Assembly (NCBI RefSeq): GCF_000315625.1
Contig: NW_005434636.1
Location: 141,777-205,776 of the forward strand
Direction: 5' to 3'
Origin: Guillardia theta CCMP2712
Taxonomy: Eukaryota; Protista; Cryptophyta
DNA: 64,000 nucleotides
Of the stretch, positions 39,392 through 54,132 are shown piece by piece; positions within the stretch are counted from its first letter, which is position 1, and each line of letters starts with the position of its first letter. The position numbers and the translations under genes were made by a program. A model generated the notes under the pieces. It was not told where the DNA came from, ran no database searches, and worked only from the letters and a program-made list of their open reading frames with translations.

Positions 39392-40342
39392 GGTTCTGTA
39401 GATACTTCGCAAATGCGAATTCAAGGGTTCACGATTCTCTCGATGGGGTCTTTCAGCTTCTTCTGCAACAGGAAGAAGATCAGTTTCATATGTCAAGAAA
39501 GTTCATAGAGTCTGCTGTTCAAACATCCTCAGTTTTAAAGGTCGGGTTAACTCACTTCCATCGCTCCTACTTGTCTTGCTGTTTTCGAATCCTTAGAACT
39601 CTCGGGACTGTCAAGAGCTAATTTTCCTTGTACGCATCTACAAGTGTGTTTCTTCTCCTGCTTCCTTACGTTTCAATGTCTCCAACTTTGTGATCTCTTC
39701 AACCGACATGATCTCAGCACTCTGTTCCTCGTTCTCTCTGCTTGTGATCGTCTCTTGTCCTCTCCTCTCGGTGGTGACTACTGCTGACCCCCTCCCTTTT
39801 ATATACACGATCTGATCCCTACCCCCACCCTGGTTCCACGAGGTCTTTGTCCACCCCACCTCAAACACAAAAATGACTACCCTACCTTCTATATCAAAAG
39901 GACGACGAAAGTACCCCTTCTATTTACAAGATACCCCTACCATGTCGATACGCCTGCTCACATACCCACCCCAGAAGAGCTGCTGACTGATGACAAGCAG
40001 GAAAGGAAAGCTTTCGAAGCACAGGGAGCAGGAAGGGAATATAAGGATAGGAAGAGATGAAGGGCGGAGGGAGGGAGGGAGGGTGAAGGGAACTTGAGGG
40101 ATCTGGAAGGGAAAGGGATGACAATGAAGGGGCGGGGAATGCGATCAGGTCAAGGAGGCAGGAGAGGCCCATGGATGGATCCTCGCCTTTTGCTGTATTT
40201 GCAAGTTAATGAGCAAGATGCAGAATTCGTAAGATGGAGTTGCTCATGAAGCGCACACCGAGACTGTCATGTCGATTGTGAACACATCCCCACACTCGTA
40301 CACAGCCACGACTCCATTTCCTAGCTGCCTCACTGTTGTCTT

Positions 40343-41640
40343 TCATTCGACCTTGGATCCATGTGTCAAGATTGAACTCAACCTGTTCGACGAAAGCTCC
40401 TGAATCTCCTGGAAAGAGAACCCGCTCGCCTTAAAAATGGAGAACTGCTCGTCAAGTTGCTCGCAAGCTTCGCTGCCCAGCTCGTCCATCACCTGCTTCA
40501 AGAAGGACGCAGTCCTGATCCTGTGGTACATCGCAAGGCAAGCATCCTCGTCCGTGGGCCAGTCGTGGGTCTCGTGGAGCTGGCTCAGGTACATGGGGCA
40601 TCTCTCTCCCAGCCTGTTGGGCCAGCCAACGTTGTGCGCCCAGATGCCATGGCTGGTGCTGCTCTTGTTGAGGTCCTGCTCTCTCTTGCCGCAGAAGTAG
40701 CACCAGAACTCGTTGCAGTTGAGGCAGCGCATGTGCGTGCAGTTGTCGTCCTTCATGCCGGAGATGCCGCAGGACGGGCAGGGCACGTTGAGCCCCATCT
40801 CCAGCGCCCTCTCCACCTTGTGCTTCTGAACACTCATCTGAGCACACGCGTAGTGCTTTTCGATCTCTCCCAGCTTCCTTGCTGACTGCCGACGATGCTG
40901 GTAGTTCGCATCCAGCTGGGGGACTTCCAGCTTGCAGGTGGTGCAGGAAGCCTTCATGCAGTTCACGGCCTGGCAGCGCATGAACATGGCTCCATCCGAC
41001 ATGGCGCGAATCTCGAAGTACGGGCAGAAGGGGCAGCGAAACAGCTTCTCATCCTCGGTCGTCAGGGTGGTTGCGAAAACGTAGACGAGCATCAGGTTCT
41101 CGAACCTCTCGAGCTGAGAAGGGTTGAGGCACCTCTCGATTGTCTGCAAGTGGGTAAGGTCAGGACGCGCTGAGGGAGCGACATGTGGAGAAACCTTCAC
41201 GTTCAGCTCCAGAGAGCAGATGGGGCACTTGGGAGGGAGGTTGTACTCTGGGTTCTCGAGGATGTTGTTGATGTAAGTTCCGCTGCAGGACTGACAGATG
41301 GCATGGCTCTGCATGCAGACGATGGCCTTTCCGTCTCTCGGCACAACCTCCGCACAGCCCATGCACTCACCGAGAGTTTCTTTCTTGGATGTTGCATTTG
41401 CCGCCCTGCCGCAAACAGAAGATTTCACTTCAAACACCTTGTGCACAGCTATAACATCTTCATGCTCCAACATTCAAGGTTGTACACAACAGCAGGTATC
41501 GCTCGAGTCAACACATTCAATCTGCCTTTGTTTCACCTGGTGTTTTCGTTTGAGTTTGCTTTCGATGGTCGTGAAGGAGTGGAGGTGTTTGAAGGATTTT
41601 GAGACATGCTGATTAATCAATGTTTCAGGCGAAGCTAATA
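40343..41640 (-). CDS. RBR (RING1-IBR-RING2) E3 ubiquitin ligase
   Basis: CMGC..CMQSHAICQSC..KCPIC (RING1); CPFC..CQAVNCMKASCTTC (IBR); CPSCGISGMKDDNCTHMRCLNCNEFWCYFC (RING2 with catalytic Cys). 5' end uncertain. Confidence 0.85.
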
Positions 41641-42492
41641 AAGAAAATTGAAGGAGAGTGACGTCGGGAAGGAAGAGACAGGTGCGTGTGTAATTCAAGA
41701 TGTGACGAGAAGGGTTGAACCAAGTGCAATGAGAAAATGCAGCAAAGGACTTCTAAGAGCGGGAAGGATATGCAACTGTAGAGGCAGAGGATCAGGAGGA
41801 GCAGGAGGAGCAGGAGGAGCAGGAGGAGCAGGAGGAGCAGGAGGAGCAGGAGGAGCAGGAGGAGCAGGAGGAGCAGGAGGAGCAGGGGCGATGGGGAGGG
41901 GAGGGTGGAACAGGTGCAGTGCGATCAGCCTCGGACTAGAGCAGCGATTCCCCCTTAGCTAGGAAGCAAGAAGGGTCTAGTACCGGTCCCAGAAAGAGCA
42001 AAGGATGAAGGCTGATTGGTAGGTAGGGTACTTAGTTGAGAATCGGGGCGCCCGGTGACAGTATATTTTAAGTTTTTCCGAGTTCCGAAGTTCAACAGTT
42101 GGCCCGGGCCCGGACCCTGTAGTGCCGCTGAAGGTGTGTGTGTGAGTCAGTAGGACCTCGCCGCAAGCCACTGGGCCATGCCGATTGACTCGGCGGGCCA
42201 TTCGAGTCAGTGATACCGCAAGCCTGCTGAGTGCCGGTAGCATCATCGGATCACAGCCATTGTCCATACCGCACTGAAGCCGCCAGGGTCACGGCCCGGC
42301 ATTGCCAGACCGAGCCTGCATGGCCATGTTGCGCTGACTATATTCGTCTGTGACTTGCGGCTGGACGGCCGCCCTTGCCCTCATGCCATCATGCCATCAT
42401 GACGAATGTGATTCGCCGGGGCCACGCAGCGTAATCTTAGGCAAGATTTAAATGTACATCGATTTTGTAAGATGGAGTTGAATGAGACGAGA

Positions 42493-43629
<1,137 letters not shown>

Positions 43630-44119
43630 TTTCGCGTATAAGCTATTCTCCTTCAATGAGCCTGCAGTATGTTAGTTTCAGATAGACCCTGTCAGAGCAT
43701 TGCAAAACTCCAGAATCCCCAAAATTCTTGTCTGAGATCCATTAAATTTTCACTATGCAACTTTTGGCAGATGCTTCTTGTCACCCTCTCACCTTCCCTG
43801 AATACAATCATTCATCTCAAACATCTCTTGTTCTTCACTTTTAACATTTATCTTCCCTTATGCTTCTTCCTTCTCGAATGTTTTTCTAGTTTTTCATATT
43901 TGCTCTCCGCTGACCTGAAACAATTTCGTATCGTTGCATTCTCTGCCCCTTCTTGAAGTGATCTCCAAGCATTGCCACCTAGTTTCTCGCATCTTCTCAC
44001 TCGTTCTCTTCACCATCTTGTACTCTGCGCATCTTCCTTGTCTTCTCCTCCCCTGCATCTGCGCTACTCCTGATTCCCTCCATCCTCTCCTGCCATCGCA
44101 CCGCTTTGATTCGTTTTAG

Positions 44120-44832
44120 AGGACCCCCCCACCCCTCATTCCTCACCCCTCACCTCGAGCTAGGCCCTATACCACCCTACCACCCCACCCTGTTGATTAT
44201 CCACCCTTGTAAATTCGATTGAACCACGGGTGCAAGGCCTACCCAAGGGTACCCCCTTGAGTGAGCAGAACTATTATGATCACCCCACCCACTGTGGACA
44301 CAAAACTTGACCCACCCACACTCTGCACCCTACCCCCCTATGTGGAGACTACTACTATCACATCGATACCGATATCACCCCTTCTTCGTCCTTCCTTTAC
44401 CACCCCCCTTTGATCACCCCACCCCATGCTGCAACCAGATCTATACCCCTTCCCCAATGTGGTCCACATCCCCACTTCGACCCACTGCACTAGCGCCCTC
44501 ACAAGTCCGGGCCGGCCACCGGGCAATGCAATCGCTGAAGGGTTATGAGCCTCCCGGGGTATCACCCCACCCTGGTCGAGCCCCTTTGACCATTCCCCAA
44601 TCACCCTTGTGATTCCCATGATCTTCGTGGGAAATGAACCGGTAGGATTTGACAATGGGGTGGTCAAAGGAAATTGGGGTAGTAAGTGTTAGGGGTAGTA
44701 GCTTATAGCAGGAAGGGGTCTTCTTACCCGAAAGCCACTAGAAAAGGGTAGGTGGGTGTTGCTTTAGCCGAGTGGGGTGGGGTAGGGTGGGGGACGACAT
44801 GGCGGTTATTCTGTGTAGCTGCAGAGGGGTAG
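44120..44832. promoter_or_regulatory. CACCC/TACCC array flipping to a GGGTG/GGGTA array in the divergent RAB14 / F-box-RCC1 intergenic region
   Basis: C-rich motifs at 44120-44610, G-rich motifs at 44657-44832. The regulatory role is inferred from position only. Confidence 0.5.
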
Positions 44833-45164
44833 CATGGCGAGGAATGGACGCAAGAGAAGGGAGAAAGCGCCGCCATGTGAAATAGTTACGAGAACAAAGG
44901 AAACTATGAAGAATGGAAGAGGATTTCCATGGAAGAGGAGAAAGGGAAGGGAAAAGAAGTGTGATCCTGCGATGGCTCTGACGAATGCGTTGCTTCAGGA
45001 TCCCTGGCAACTCAACACTCAAAAAGATTTTGAGTCTGCAGCGTTTTCAAAGTTTGGATTGACCAGTTGTTTGTGTTTGAGGGATGAGATTCATTCTGCT
45101 GCTTGAGAACGACTGAGGATTTACCTACTTGCCCTCAAGAACTGATTTCAACCAGTCTCCGATC

Positions 45165-47849
45165 ATGACAATACTGACAACTGACGCTCCTTCTTTTCAC
45201 AATCTGTTTGCATGGGAGGATATAGCTCTGAGCATCCTTGCTCTGCTGGAGTCTAAGAGCATTGTTGCATTCAAGTGCACGTGCAAAGCTTTCTGTCGCT
45301 CGACGTTCATAGAGCCAGCAGTGAAGATGCGGGTGGAGAACATAGTTTCTTCACTCACCGCATCTCAATCGCGCCAAGAACATTCTCCGCGGTACGACCT
45401 CATGAATCACGTGAAGCTGCTGCCCAACGAGACATGGCAAGAGTTCCTCCCGGTCATCGAGAGCTACTCGGAACCGTTGGAAGCGAAGAAGTTCGTCAGC
45501 GTGAGGTCTGATCCCGCCATTGGCGCTTCTGTGGTCTACGAGCCTCTCATGCTGACGTGTTTACAGCACGGGAAAGTCTCAGACGGGACATACAGTCCTG
45601 GTGACGAGCGAAGGAGAGGTCTGGAGCTTCGGGTCAGACGGGTGGGACGGGCGGCTCGGGCATGGCGATAGGAGAGGTCGGGTGTTCCCCCATCGGGTGT
45701 TGGGACTGCCGAAGATGAAGACGGTGAGGATCTTGTGCGAGAGCAGTTCGAGGAGGCTGACGAGCAGCAGGTGGCGTGCGGTGGGATGGCGAGGAGCGCC
45801 CTGAACAGCGGCAAGTGCGACCCAGCCATGAACCCGGACGTGTTTTCAGGAGCTCTGAGCTCAAACCACCTGCATTTCACTCCCCGGGGGGTAAACCTCG
45901 CTGTCCTCCATGCTGGTTTCTGTGTCGGCGTCTCCTGTGCAGGAGAAGTCTTCGTGTGGGGTGACGGAGCACATGGCTGCCTCGGGCTCGGCCACCTCGC
46001 GGCGTGCTTCACTCCTCGTCCTGTTCCTGCTCTTGCCGGGACGCCAGTGCTGGAAGTAGCGGCAGGAGGAGCGCACTGTGTGCTCGTGACAAGGGAGAAC
46101 GTGGTGATGGCGTGGGGGCTGGGAAAGTTCGGGCAGCTAGGAACAGGTTCACGATCGAGGCAGATGTTGCCGGTGGAGGTCACGGCGCTGAGGAGGAAGA
46201 ACATCATCGGGGTAGCAGCAGCCGGTAGCTTCAGCGGTTTTGTGTCAGAGGATGGGTCCTTGTACATGTGCGGGTGCGGATGGGACGGGCAGCTCGGGCT
46301 CGGGGACCGTGAGGGGAGCATGTACCCGGAGAGAGTGACCGTGTGGAAGAGGACGAGTTTCCTAGACGTACTTGATGAGGATGAGGAGACTGTTGAAGGA
46401 GGAGAAGAGAGAGAGGGAGGAGTGGCAGAGAGAGGAGGAGGAGGAGGAGGAGGAAGGACAAATCTCATTCCGCACGTCAAGAAGCTGAGCTGTGGGTCAG
46501 CGGACGTTCTCTCATCAGCAAACTCGTTGAGCAGGTGAGAAGAAACAAAACTGTACCCTTCCCCTTCTCCTTTCTCCTTCACTTTCCTCTCTCCCTCCTT
46601 ACCCAACTCTATCTACGCACACACCTCCACTCGCCTTCTCCTTCTCTTGTCCCCTTCTCTATCCCCTTTCGGTTCCCCTCTTTTCCCATTCCAATCTCCG
46701 ACCTCTTCAACCTTCTTCTCCTCTCCACCTTCCCTCCCTTCCTCACTCCGTCCTGTGCTCTCTTTTCAAATCTCGATTTCCCGATCTATCATTCTCTCCT
46801 GCTCCCCTCGCTCTGCTCTGCTGATGCTTTCGATAGCACGGGCTTCTCCGCCGCCATTGATGAGGAAGGATTCTTATGGACGTGGGGAGAAGGACGGTTC
46901 GGTCAACTAGGACACGGCGATGATCGGGGGAGGCTGACTCCTCACCTGGTAGGAGGAGGGAAAGGAGGAGGACAGAGGAGGGGAGGGTGGGCAACGAGAT
47001 GGGAGGAGGAGAGTGAGAAGGGGGAAGCAGAGGATGCGGAGTCGACGACTTACAAGTTCATCAGGTCGAGTCGCTCTGTGGGCTGCGAGTGAAGGATGTT
47101 TCAGCAGGAGGGAGGAGCCTGACGGTAGTGACGGAGGCAGGGGCCGTGCACACGAGCGGGGCAGGGTTCGAGGGTCAGCTGGGGAGGGGAGAGCAGGCAA
47201 GGCTGTCCTCTAGGTTCGAGCAGGTCGATGAGGCGCTGTTCGGTCGTTTCGTCCTCTCCGTCTCCTCTGCGCTCGGCCATGTCGTCGCGCTGACAAGGAG
47301 CGGAGAGATGTTCTCGTGGGGAGGGAAGTCCTTCGGCTACAGTGGCCTGTATGAGTTTGTTGATGCGAGGAGGGGAGCTGATGAGGCGAGGACGGGAGGA
47401 GGAGGACGGGAGGAGGAGGAGGAGCAGAGCACTTCCAGCGGATTCTGTAGCAGGTGGTTGCGAGCTAAAGGAACGACGGAGCCAGAGCGGTTGCATGCTC
47501 TACCTCCTGCCCTGCATGTCGGAGAAGCTCTGTGGGCCCGCGGGAGTCAGTCGAGCAGCTACGAGAGGGTGACGGAGTGGGCGGCGAGCAAGAGCAAGCT
47601 TCCTCCTCGGTTCCACCTGCCATCGTTGGACCCTGTCAGCGAGACCGGAGCAGGAGGAGCAGGAGGAGCAGGAGGAGCAGGAGGAGCAGGAGGGGGGAGG
47701 GGAGGGGGAGGGGGAGGAAGACGCGCGGACGCCGAGCAAGATGCCAGCAGGGGCATGAGGAGGACTGAACCTTCTCATGCTCGTGCGGAGATACAGCGAG
47801 ATACCCTGGATGGGAGAGGAGAAAGTGACCACCCTCCTACAAGGCTCCG

Positions 47850-47923
<74 letters not shown>

Positions 47924-48540
47924 CTGGTCCCCCCCCGCTCGCTCTCCCTCTCCCTCTCCCTCTCCCTCTTCCTCGGCGGGTCGGCCTGATAGCAGGAGGA
48001 GGAAGTATCCCTGCCCCCCTGCTAAGGAGTCGGCTTCTTGCCCCAAGGAGGAGCCCGAGCCCGGGACCCGTCGCTGAGCAGCACGGAGGAACGCAAGGAG
48101 GGAGACAGGAAGGGAGGATTCCTCCTTCCCGCCGACTGAAGCTCATGTCCTCCTCTCATCCTGTAAGTGCCTCTCGATTCCTCTCACTTGCTCTTCCCTC
48201 CTCTCTCACACCCCTTCCCTCCTCCCCCTTCCTCCTCCTCCTCCTCCTCCTCGTTCCCCCACTCCTCGATCCCTCCCTCCCCCTTCCTCCTCCTCCTCCT
48301 CCTCGTTCCTCCGCTCCTCCTTCCCCCTTCTCCCTCCTACTTCCTCCTCCTCGGGCCCTAACATAATTGCAGAGCCTGCGGTGGTCTGAGCGAGTGGTAC
48401 AGGAGGGCTTGCACGGATCAGTGGGGCTGATGACGAGAGGAGGCGGGCAGGTGGAAGGGAAGGTGCTGCGACGGGTCTTGCGGGGGCAGATGCCATGGCT
48501 GTACGACATTCTTCGTCCTGCAGCTGTGCGATGCCCTTGA
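45165..48540 (+). CDS. F-box-like + RCC1-repeat protein with a polyQ tract
   Basis: WEDIALSILALLESKSIVAFKCTCKAF (F-box-like). Repeats GEVWSFGSDGWDGRLGHGD, VFVWGDGAHGCLGLG, VAAGGAHC, WGLGKFGQLG and WTWGEGRFGQLGHGD. 3' end approximate. Confidence 0.85.
47851..47922 (+). repeat. (CAG)24 trinucleotide repeat, probably polyQ
   Basis: Perfect array in the open frame of the RCC1 gene. Confidence 0.92.
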
Positions 48541-48715
48541 GACTGACAGAAGTCGAGGATGAGGAGACTTGAGATGTTGTTCTTGTAGATGTTGTTGTGT
48601 CTTTACAAATCCTGTCACTGTGACGACGATGTTGGCTGCTCTCCCATGGGATATCCTCCTCCTCCATGCCCCCGCCCATCTACTCCCTCCCTCCCTCCTC
48701 CCCCTTCTCCTCCCC

Positions 48716-49614
48716 TCATCTGCTCATCTGCTTCAACTTCAGCCTCTCTTTCAGCTGCTGGTTCTCCTGGGATAGGACCTCCGCACGCATCCTCATATCG
48801 CTGTTCTGCGATCATTCGAAATCACATATCCTCCTTCTCCTCTCCTCCTCCTCCTCTCCTCCTCCTCTCTTCTCCTCCTCTCTTCTCCTCCTCGCTCCTC
48901 CTCCTCGCTCCTCCTCCTCGCTCCTCCTCCTCTCTCCTCCTCCTTCTCTCTCCTCTTCCTTCTCTGTCCTCCTCCTTCCTCCTCGTCCTCCTCCTCGCTC
49001 CTCCTTCTCGCTCTTCCTCCTCCCTCACCTCAATCTGCAACTCCATCACCAGTCTGTCCTTCTCCTCCAGCTGCTGCCGCAAGATCCTTGCAGCACTTTC
49101 CAACCTCTTCTTCTCGATGAGCAGTTCCTCAGTCACATTCATCAAAGTCTTGTTCTTCTGCACGAAAACATACGTCACACGCAACCCTCCTCTCCTCTCC
49201 TCTCCTCTCCTCTCCTCTCCTCTCCTCTCCTCTCCTCTCCTCTCCTCTCCTCTCCTCTCCTCTCCTCTCCTCTCCTCTCCTCTCTCACTTGGTTCATCGA
49301 CTTGATCAGCTTGTAAAGATCATTGCACTCCGTCTCCTTCTTGTCTTCCTCTCCATGCTCCCTCCACCCCTCGAAACTTCCCAGCCTGCTCATCGTCAGG
49401 AGCACAACCATCCCATCCTGCTACTGGCACCTCCCACCAACCCTGCGACTCTGCGACGAACGTCCCTCTTCCTCCAAGCTCTTGTTGCACTTTCCCCCTG
49501 TGCTTTCAAGGATAATTTTTGACAATTCCAACGAATCCGAAGCAGAGCAAGGCAGCTCTCCGCTATCGTCCAGCCCACCTGACCGGCAGGCATGAGATTC
49601 AACCCTCGCGGTTT

Positions 49615-49671
<57 letters not shown>

Positions 49672-50512
49672 TCTCCATCTTTCTCCTCCTCCTCTCTCCT
49701 CCTCCTCCTCCTCCTCCTCCTCCTTATCCTCCTCCTCTATCCTCCTCCTCCTCCTCCTCCTCCTCCTACCTTTCTTGGATCCTCGACTGCTACGAAACAG
49801 AGCTCCGACGGGTCGAGCTTGCGGTCGTTGCCGAGGCTCTTCACAGCTGCTATCATCCAGCGGTACGTACCTTCCTCCTCTTCCCATGGAGGTCTTGCGA
49901 GAGAAACAAGCTCGATGGTCCCTGAACTCTCTGCTGCATCGGTCGCTCCTCTGCCCCTCCATCCGAATCATCCTCTCCCTCCACCTCCTCTAGTTCCTCT
50001 CGACTTCATCTCCCCCTCCCCTGCTTCCTCCTCCCTTCATATCCTCCCGTTGCTACCGGTCCTGGACGCCCTTTTTTAAGGCCTTAATTGCAAGTTTGGA
50101 GGGAAGGAGGGAGGGAGGGCGGGGGAAGGATGAGGGGAGGGGAGGAGATGGGAGGGGGGAGAGGGAAGGTGAGGGAGTAGGAGGAGATGGAGAGGGAAGG
50201 TGGGTCTGGAAGGAAAGGGAGGGAGGAGGGAGGAGGAGCGACCGGGAGGAGAGAGGCAGGGAGTGGACGAGAAAGGAGTGAAGGAGAAAAGGAGTGGAGG
50301 AGGCAAGGAGTGGAGGAGAAAGGGGAAATCCTCAAGATAGATCACCATGGAGGGGGAAGATTGAGTATGAGCTACAAGTAGCAGGCAGGACTTGAGAAAA
50401 GTCTTAGTATATTTCCATCTCCTCGTTTCACTATGAATCACAAGAATAAATGACAGGATGTCTCATCTAACATGCTAACAGCTCTGAGAAATCGCCAGGA
50501 TCGATCCTTCAT
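48716..50512 (-). CDS. Hypothetical coiled-coil protein, multi-exon
   Basis: Exons DLYKLIKSMNQ|KNKTLMNVTEELLIEKKRLESAARILRQQLEEKDRLVMELQIE|..AEVLSQENQQLKERLKLKQMSR* lie between microsatellite introns. 5' end uncertain. Confidence 0.45.
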
Positions 50513-50545
50513 GGCAGCGCCAACAACTTGAGTCCTCCTGTCTTC

Positions 50546-50802
50546 TCATCCTTGCCGGATTGCCTCGTAGATTCTCCTCGAAAGGGAGGGGTATCTACCG
50601 TACGACTTGACCCCAAGGTGAAGGGGTTTCTCCTCCTCCTCTTCAGCATCGAGAGCTTTGATCATCTCCGGCATGTTCGGCTGTTGGCATTTGCTACAGC
50701 TGCAGCCTCCTCCAGAATGGGCAGAACCATTCTGGTACTGCAGTGCCATCAGGATTGACAAGGAGGAGGAGGGAAAGAGAGCGGGGGGGAGGTGTGGGAA
50801 GT

Positions 50803-50861
<59 letters not shown>

Positions 50862-53182
50862 GAGGAGAAGGAGGTAGAGGAAGAAAAGCTGACCTGGCCC
50901 ATGACAGATCGGATGAGGATCGAGTTCATCATCCTTCGATAAGCGGCTTCAGGGTCTTCATCGAGATTAGCTGATGACGTCGCCGCTGCCCCAGGGAGCA
51001 CCGCCGCTAGCAGCTCTTCCCCCAACTTTGCGCCTCCCTTCTTTTTCTTGTTCGTCTTGCTCTTCAACTTCTCCTTCAGCTTCAGCTTCAGCTGCTCCTT
51101 CTCCCTGAGCTCCTTCTCTCGCATCTCCCTCTCTTTCTCCTTCTCGATCCTCAGCTTCTCCTTCTTCTCTCGCTCCTTCCTCTCTCTTTCCATCTTCATT
51201 CTCCTCTCCTCCCTGCGCTGATCCTCGGCCTCGTCGTATCCGGGCTTCAAGTTACAGCCACTGAATGCATATTCCCTAGTCTTGAATCCTCCCAGTCGCA
51301 AGATGTAGCAATCCCCCAGCGTCTTCTTGTTCCGCCCACCGAACATCACCATCTCCGATCCTGCTTCAATCGGCGCCATGAAGGATTCTTGACGAGGACA
51401 AGGCTCCTGTCCTTCCATCTCGATCTGCTTCCACGTCTGGTCGTAGATGTTCACGGCAACAACATCGTTGGTAAGTTTCGATGTCGGCCCTCCTCCGAAG
51501 CACAAGATCTGCGGCCCGACCTGCACGGCATTGTGCAGGCGGCCAAGGGAGTACATCGGGATGAAACCTCGCATGTCAAGCTCCGACCACGTTGGAATGC
51601 TTTTAGACAAGTCGAGGATGTGAACGTCCTGTAGCTCTCTACCGACTGAGTTGTAATCATGCAGATTGTGACAGTGACAACCCCCGATGATGACAAGTTT
51701 GGTCTTGTCAAGCCCGCACAGAGTCGCTGAATGTCCGTAGCGAGGAATGGGAGGAGTGCCCAAGGTGGAGACTTGTTTCCAGTGCCAAGTGTGCGGGTAG
51801 TCGCCGGGATTGGAAGAGGATGAGGCTGCGAGCTTGAGCTCGACGCTCTCCAGGGTGTTGAGAGGAACTCCGTCAGAAAGTCCTCCGAACATCAGCACTC
51901 GTGGTGCCCCTGTCTTCTTGTTGGGGAAGTAGGTGGCAGAGTGAAAGGCTCTTGGAGTGCCCTTTTCTTGGAAGGCCGAGGTCAAGTTGGGATGCACCCA
52001 CCTGTACCGATTGATCAGTCAAGGAGAAATTAGAACAGCTCGACATCACTCCATCATGGGCCCGTCCTCTGATGAGTCGTTGTCTGAGCATGAGAATGTT
52101 ATAGGGAGAACCTTTCGAAAGTGAATTATTCACCGTTGTTTTGGTCGAGAAGCAAAAGGTTGAATTGATTGCAGGGTTTTGGCATTCCAAAGCAACCAAC
52201 CCCGCCAAAAAGGAGGAATACAGTCCCTGGAGCGTCAAGTTTCAGAGAGGGCGAGGAAGGCTGAGACAGATCAACCGAGCCCCGGGTGCTCGAAGGGAGT
52301 GATGGATGTGGCAAAGGCTGGGAGTGGCGGCATGCCGGCAGGATGGATGCTCAGCCACTTCAGCCCGTGTGTGGTCTTGTTCTGCAGACATCAAGGGTGA
52401 CAAGGATGAAAGAACATTCACAGGAAGCTACGTTCTTGGTCTCGGATTGTCGGACCATCATGTACAGGTCTGATTGAACGAAATCCTCTGTCGTCCAACC
52501 ACTGCACTTCCGTCAAACTCTAAGAGCCTCCTCGGAACTATTGACGGCTGACCTGAACATGAGCGCTGCACTCTGCCCCTTGTACATGAAGGAAGCTGAT
52601 GAAGTCCCGAACCTTGAGGCAGATTAGCGCATGTTTCGATCAGCCATGGAGACTAACCTTCCAAGAACTTGTTCTCCTCCAATATCGACGACCTTCATTG
52701 GAATAAGACATCTTCAAACGTGATGGATACCAATTCATTCACCTTTTTCCAAGAGGGTTCGATCAGCAGGTTTCTCCTCAGGTACCATAAATATTTGAGG
52801 CGGGCGTCGCTGAGGAAAAGGTCAAACTAATGATAAGAAAGCTCGTTTCCCTTACTTGCGTCTTCCCTCTGGAAGAACAGTGGCGTAGTATCCCTCGTAT
52901 GGTCGGATGTCGCGATTGTATGCGGCCCTGCTTTGATCTCACAAACACTTTGATATCACCCATGACAACTTACTGCCAGATACTTCCGCTCTGGGCACTG
53001 TCGTTGAGAAAGTTCCTCCATCTTGCGTATCGACATCAGAACAAGCATCACTTGCAAAACCGTACAAACCCTTTGCAGACGCCTGCCAGGAGGGCCAAGT
53101 GCTTTCCGGAGATGTATGGTGCAATTAGAGGGAGGAGGACATGATCGGTGCTACGATCCGAGTCCTGATGGAGAGGCTCCAT
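50546..53182 (-). CDS. F-box/Kelch-repeat protein
   Basis: N-terminal DHVLLPLIAPYISGKHLALLAGVCKG|WRNFL (F-box). Kelch motifs PRAFHSAT, LMFGG, PRYGHSAT, VIIGG, LCFGGG and VMFGG. Charged coiled-coil tail. Confidence 0.85.
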
Positions 53183-53445
53183 GCCTACAGTCAGTAAACC
53201 GTCAGAATCAGAAGGCTCAGATTGTTGGTAATTCAAGAATCAAGTCTTCTCGTCGAGGAATCAAGTGTTTTTTCAACCATTCAGGCAACGATCAGAGATC
53301 TCATCATCATCCTCACTCGTTCATCTTCTCTTCCCTCCCTCCCGTCCGCCCTCCCTCCCTCCCTCCCTCCCTCCCTCCCTCCCTCCCTCCCTCCTCCCTC
53401 TTCCGAAAACTTTCTACTTTCCCGCCAATAGGAGGCGCCACTCCA

Positions 53446-54004
53446 ATGCCTTATAGATGCCTTATAGATGCCTTATACATGCCTTGTGCCTTATAGATGC
53501 CTTATACATGCCTTATAGATGCCTTATACATGCCTTATACATGCCTTATACATGCCTTATAGATGCCTTATGCCTTATACATGCCTTATACATGCCTTAT
53601 AGATGCCTTATAGATGCCTTGTGTCTAGATAGATGCCTTATACATGCCTTATACATGCCTTGTAGTTGCCTTCAGTTCTCGATGCCTCACTGTCACTAGA
53701 TGCCTCTTTCTGAGATGCCTCCTGTCATAGATGCCTTATACATGCCTTATAGATGCCTTCATCTAGATGCCTTCTAGATGCCTTGTAAATGCCTTATACA
53801 TGCCTTATAGATGCCTTCTATGCCTTATAGATGCCTTATAGATGCCTTCATCTAGATGCCTTCTAGATGCCTTGTAAATGCCTTATACATGCCTTATAGA
53901 TGCCTTCTTTGCCTTATAGATGCCTTATAGATGCCTTCATCTAGATGCCTTCTAGATGCCTTATACATGCCTTGTAGATGCCTTCTACATCCCTTATACA
54001 TGCC
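53446..54004. repeat. 11-bp minisatellite (ATGCCTTATAG/ATGCCTTATAC) with an 89-bp higher-order repeat
   Basis: Tandem units read directly. The variant CCTTCATCTAG recurs at 53756, 53845 and 53934. Confidence 0.95.
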
Positions 54005-54132
54005 CAGAAAGTCTTGAGTCGAGAATCGCAATGAGCTGCAAGAATGAGAGTAATGCCATGATATATAGCACATAGACATCGGATTTATTGATGATTACAA
54101 CCTCTGCTTCAACTCACACTCATTAACAACTC

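Noticed and set aside
53457-53699. Repetitive ORF (MPYRCLIDALY)
   Set aside because: Translation of the 11-bp minisatellite.
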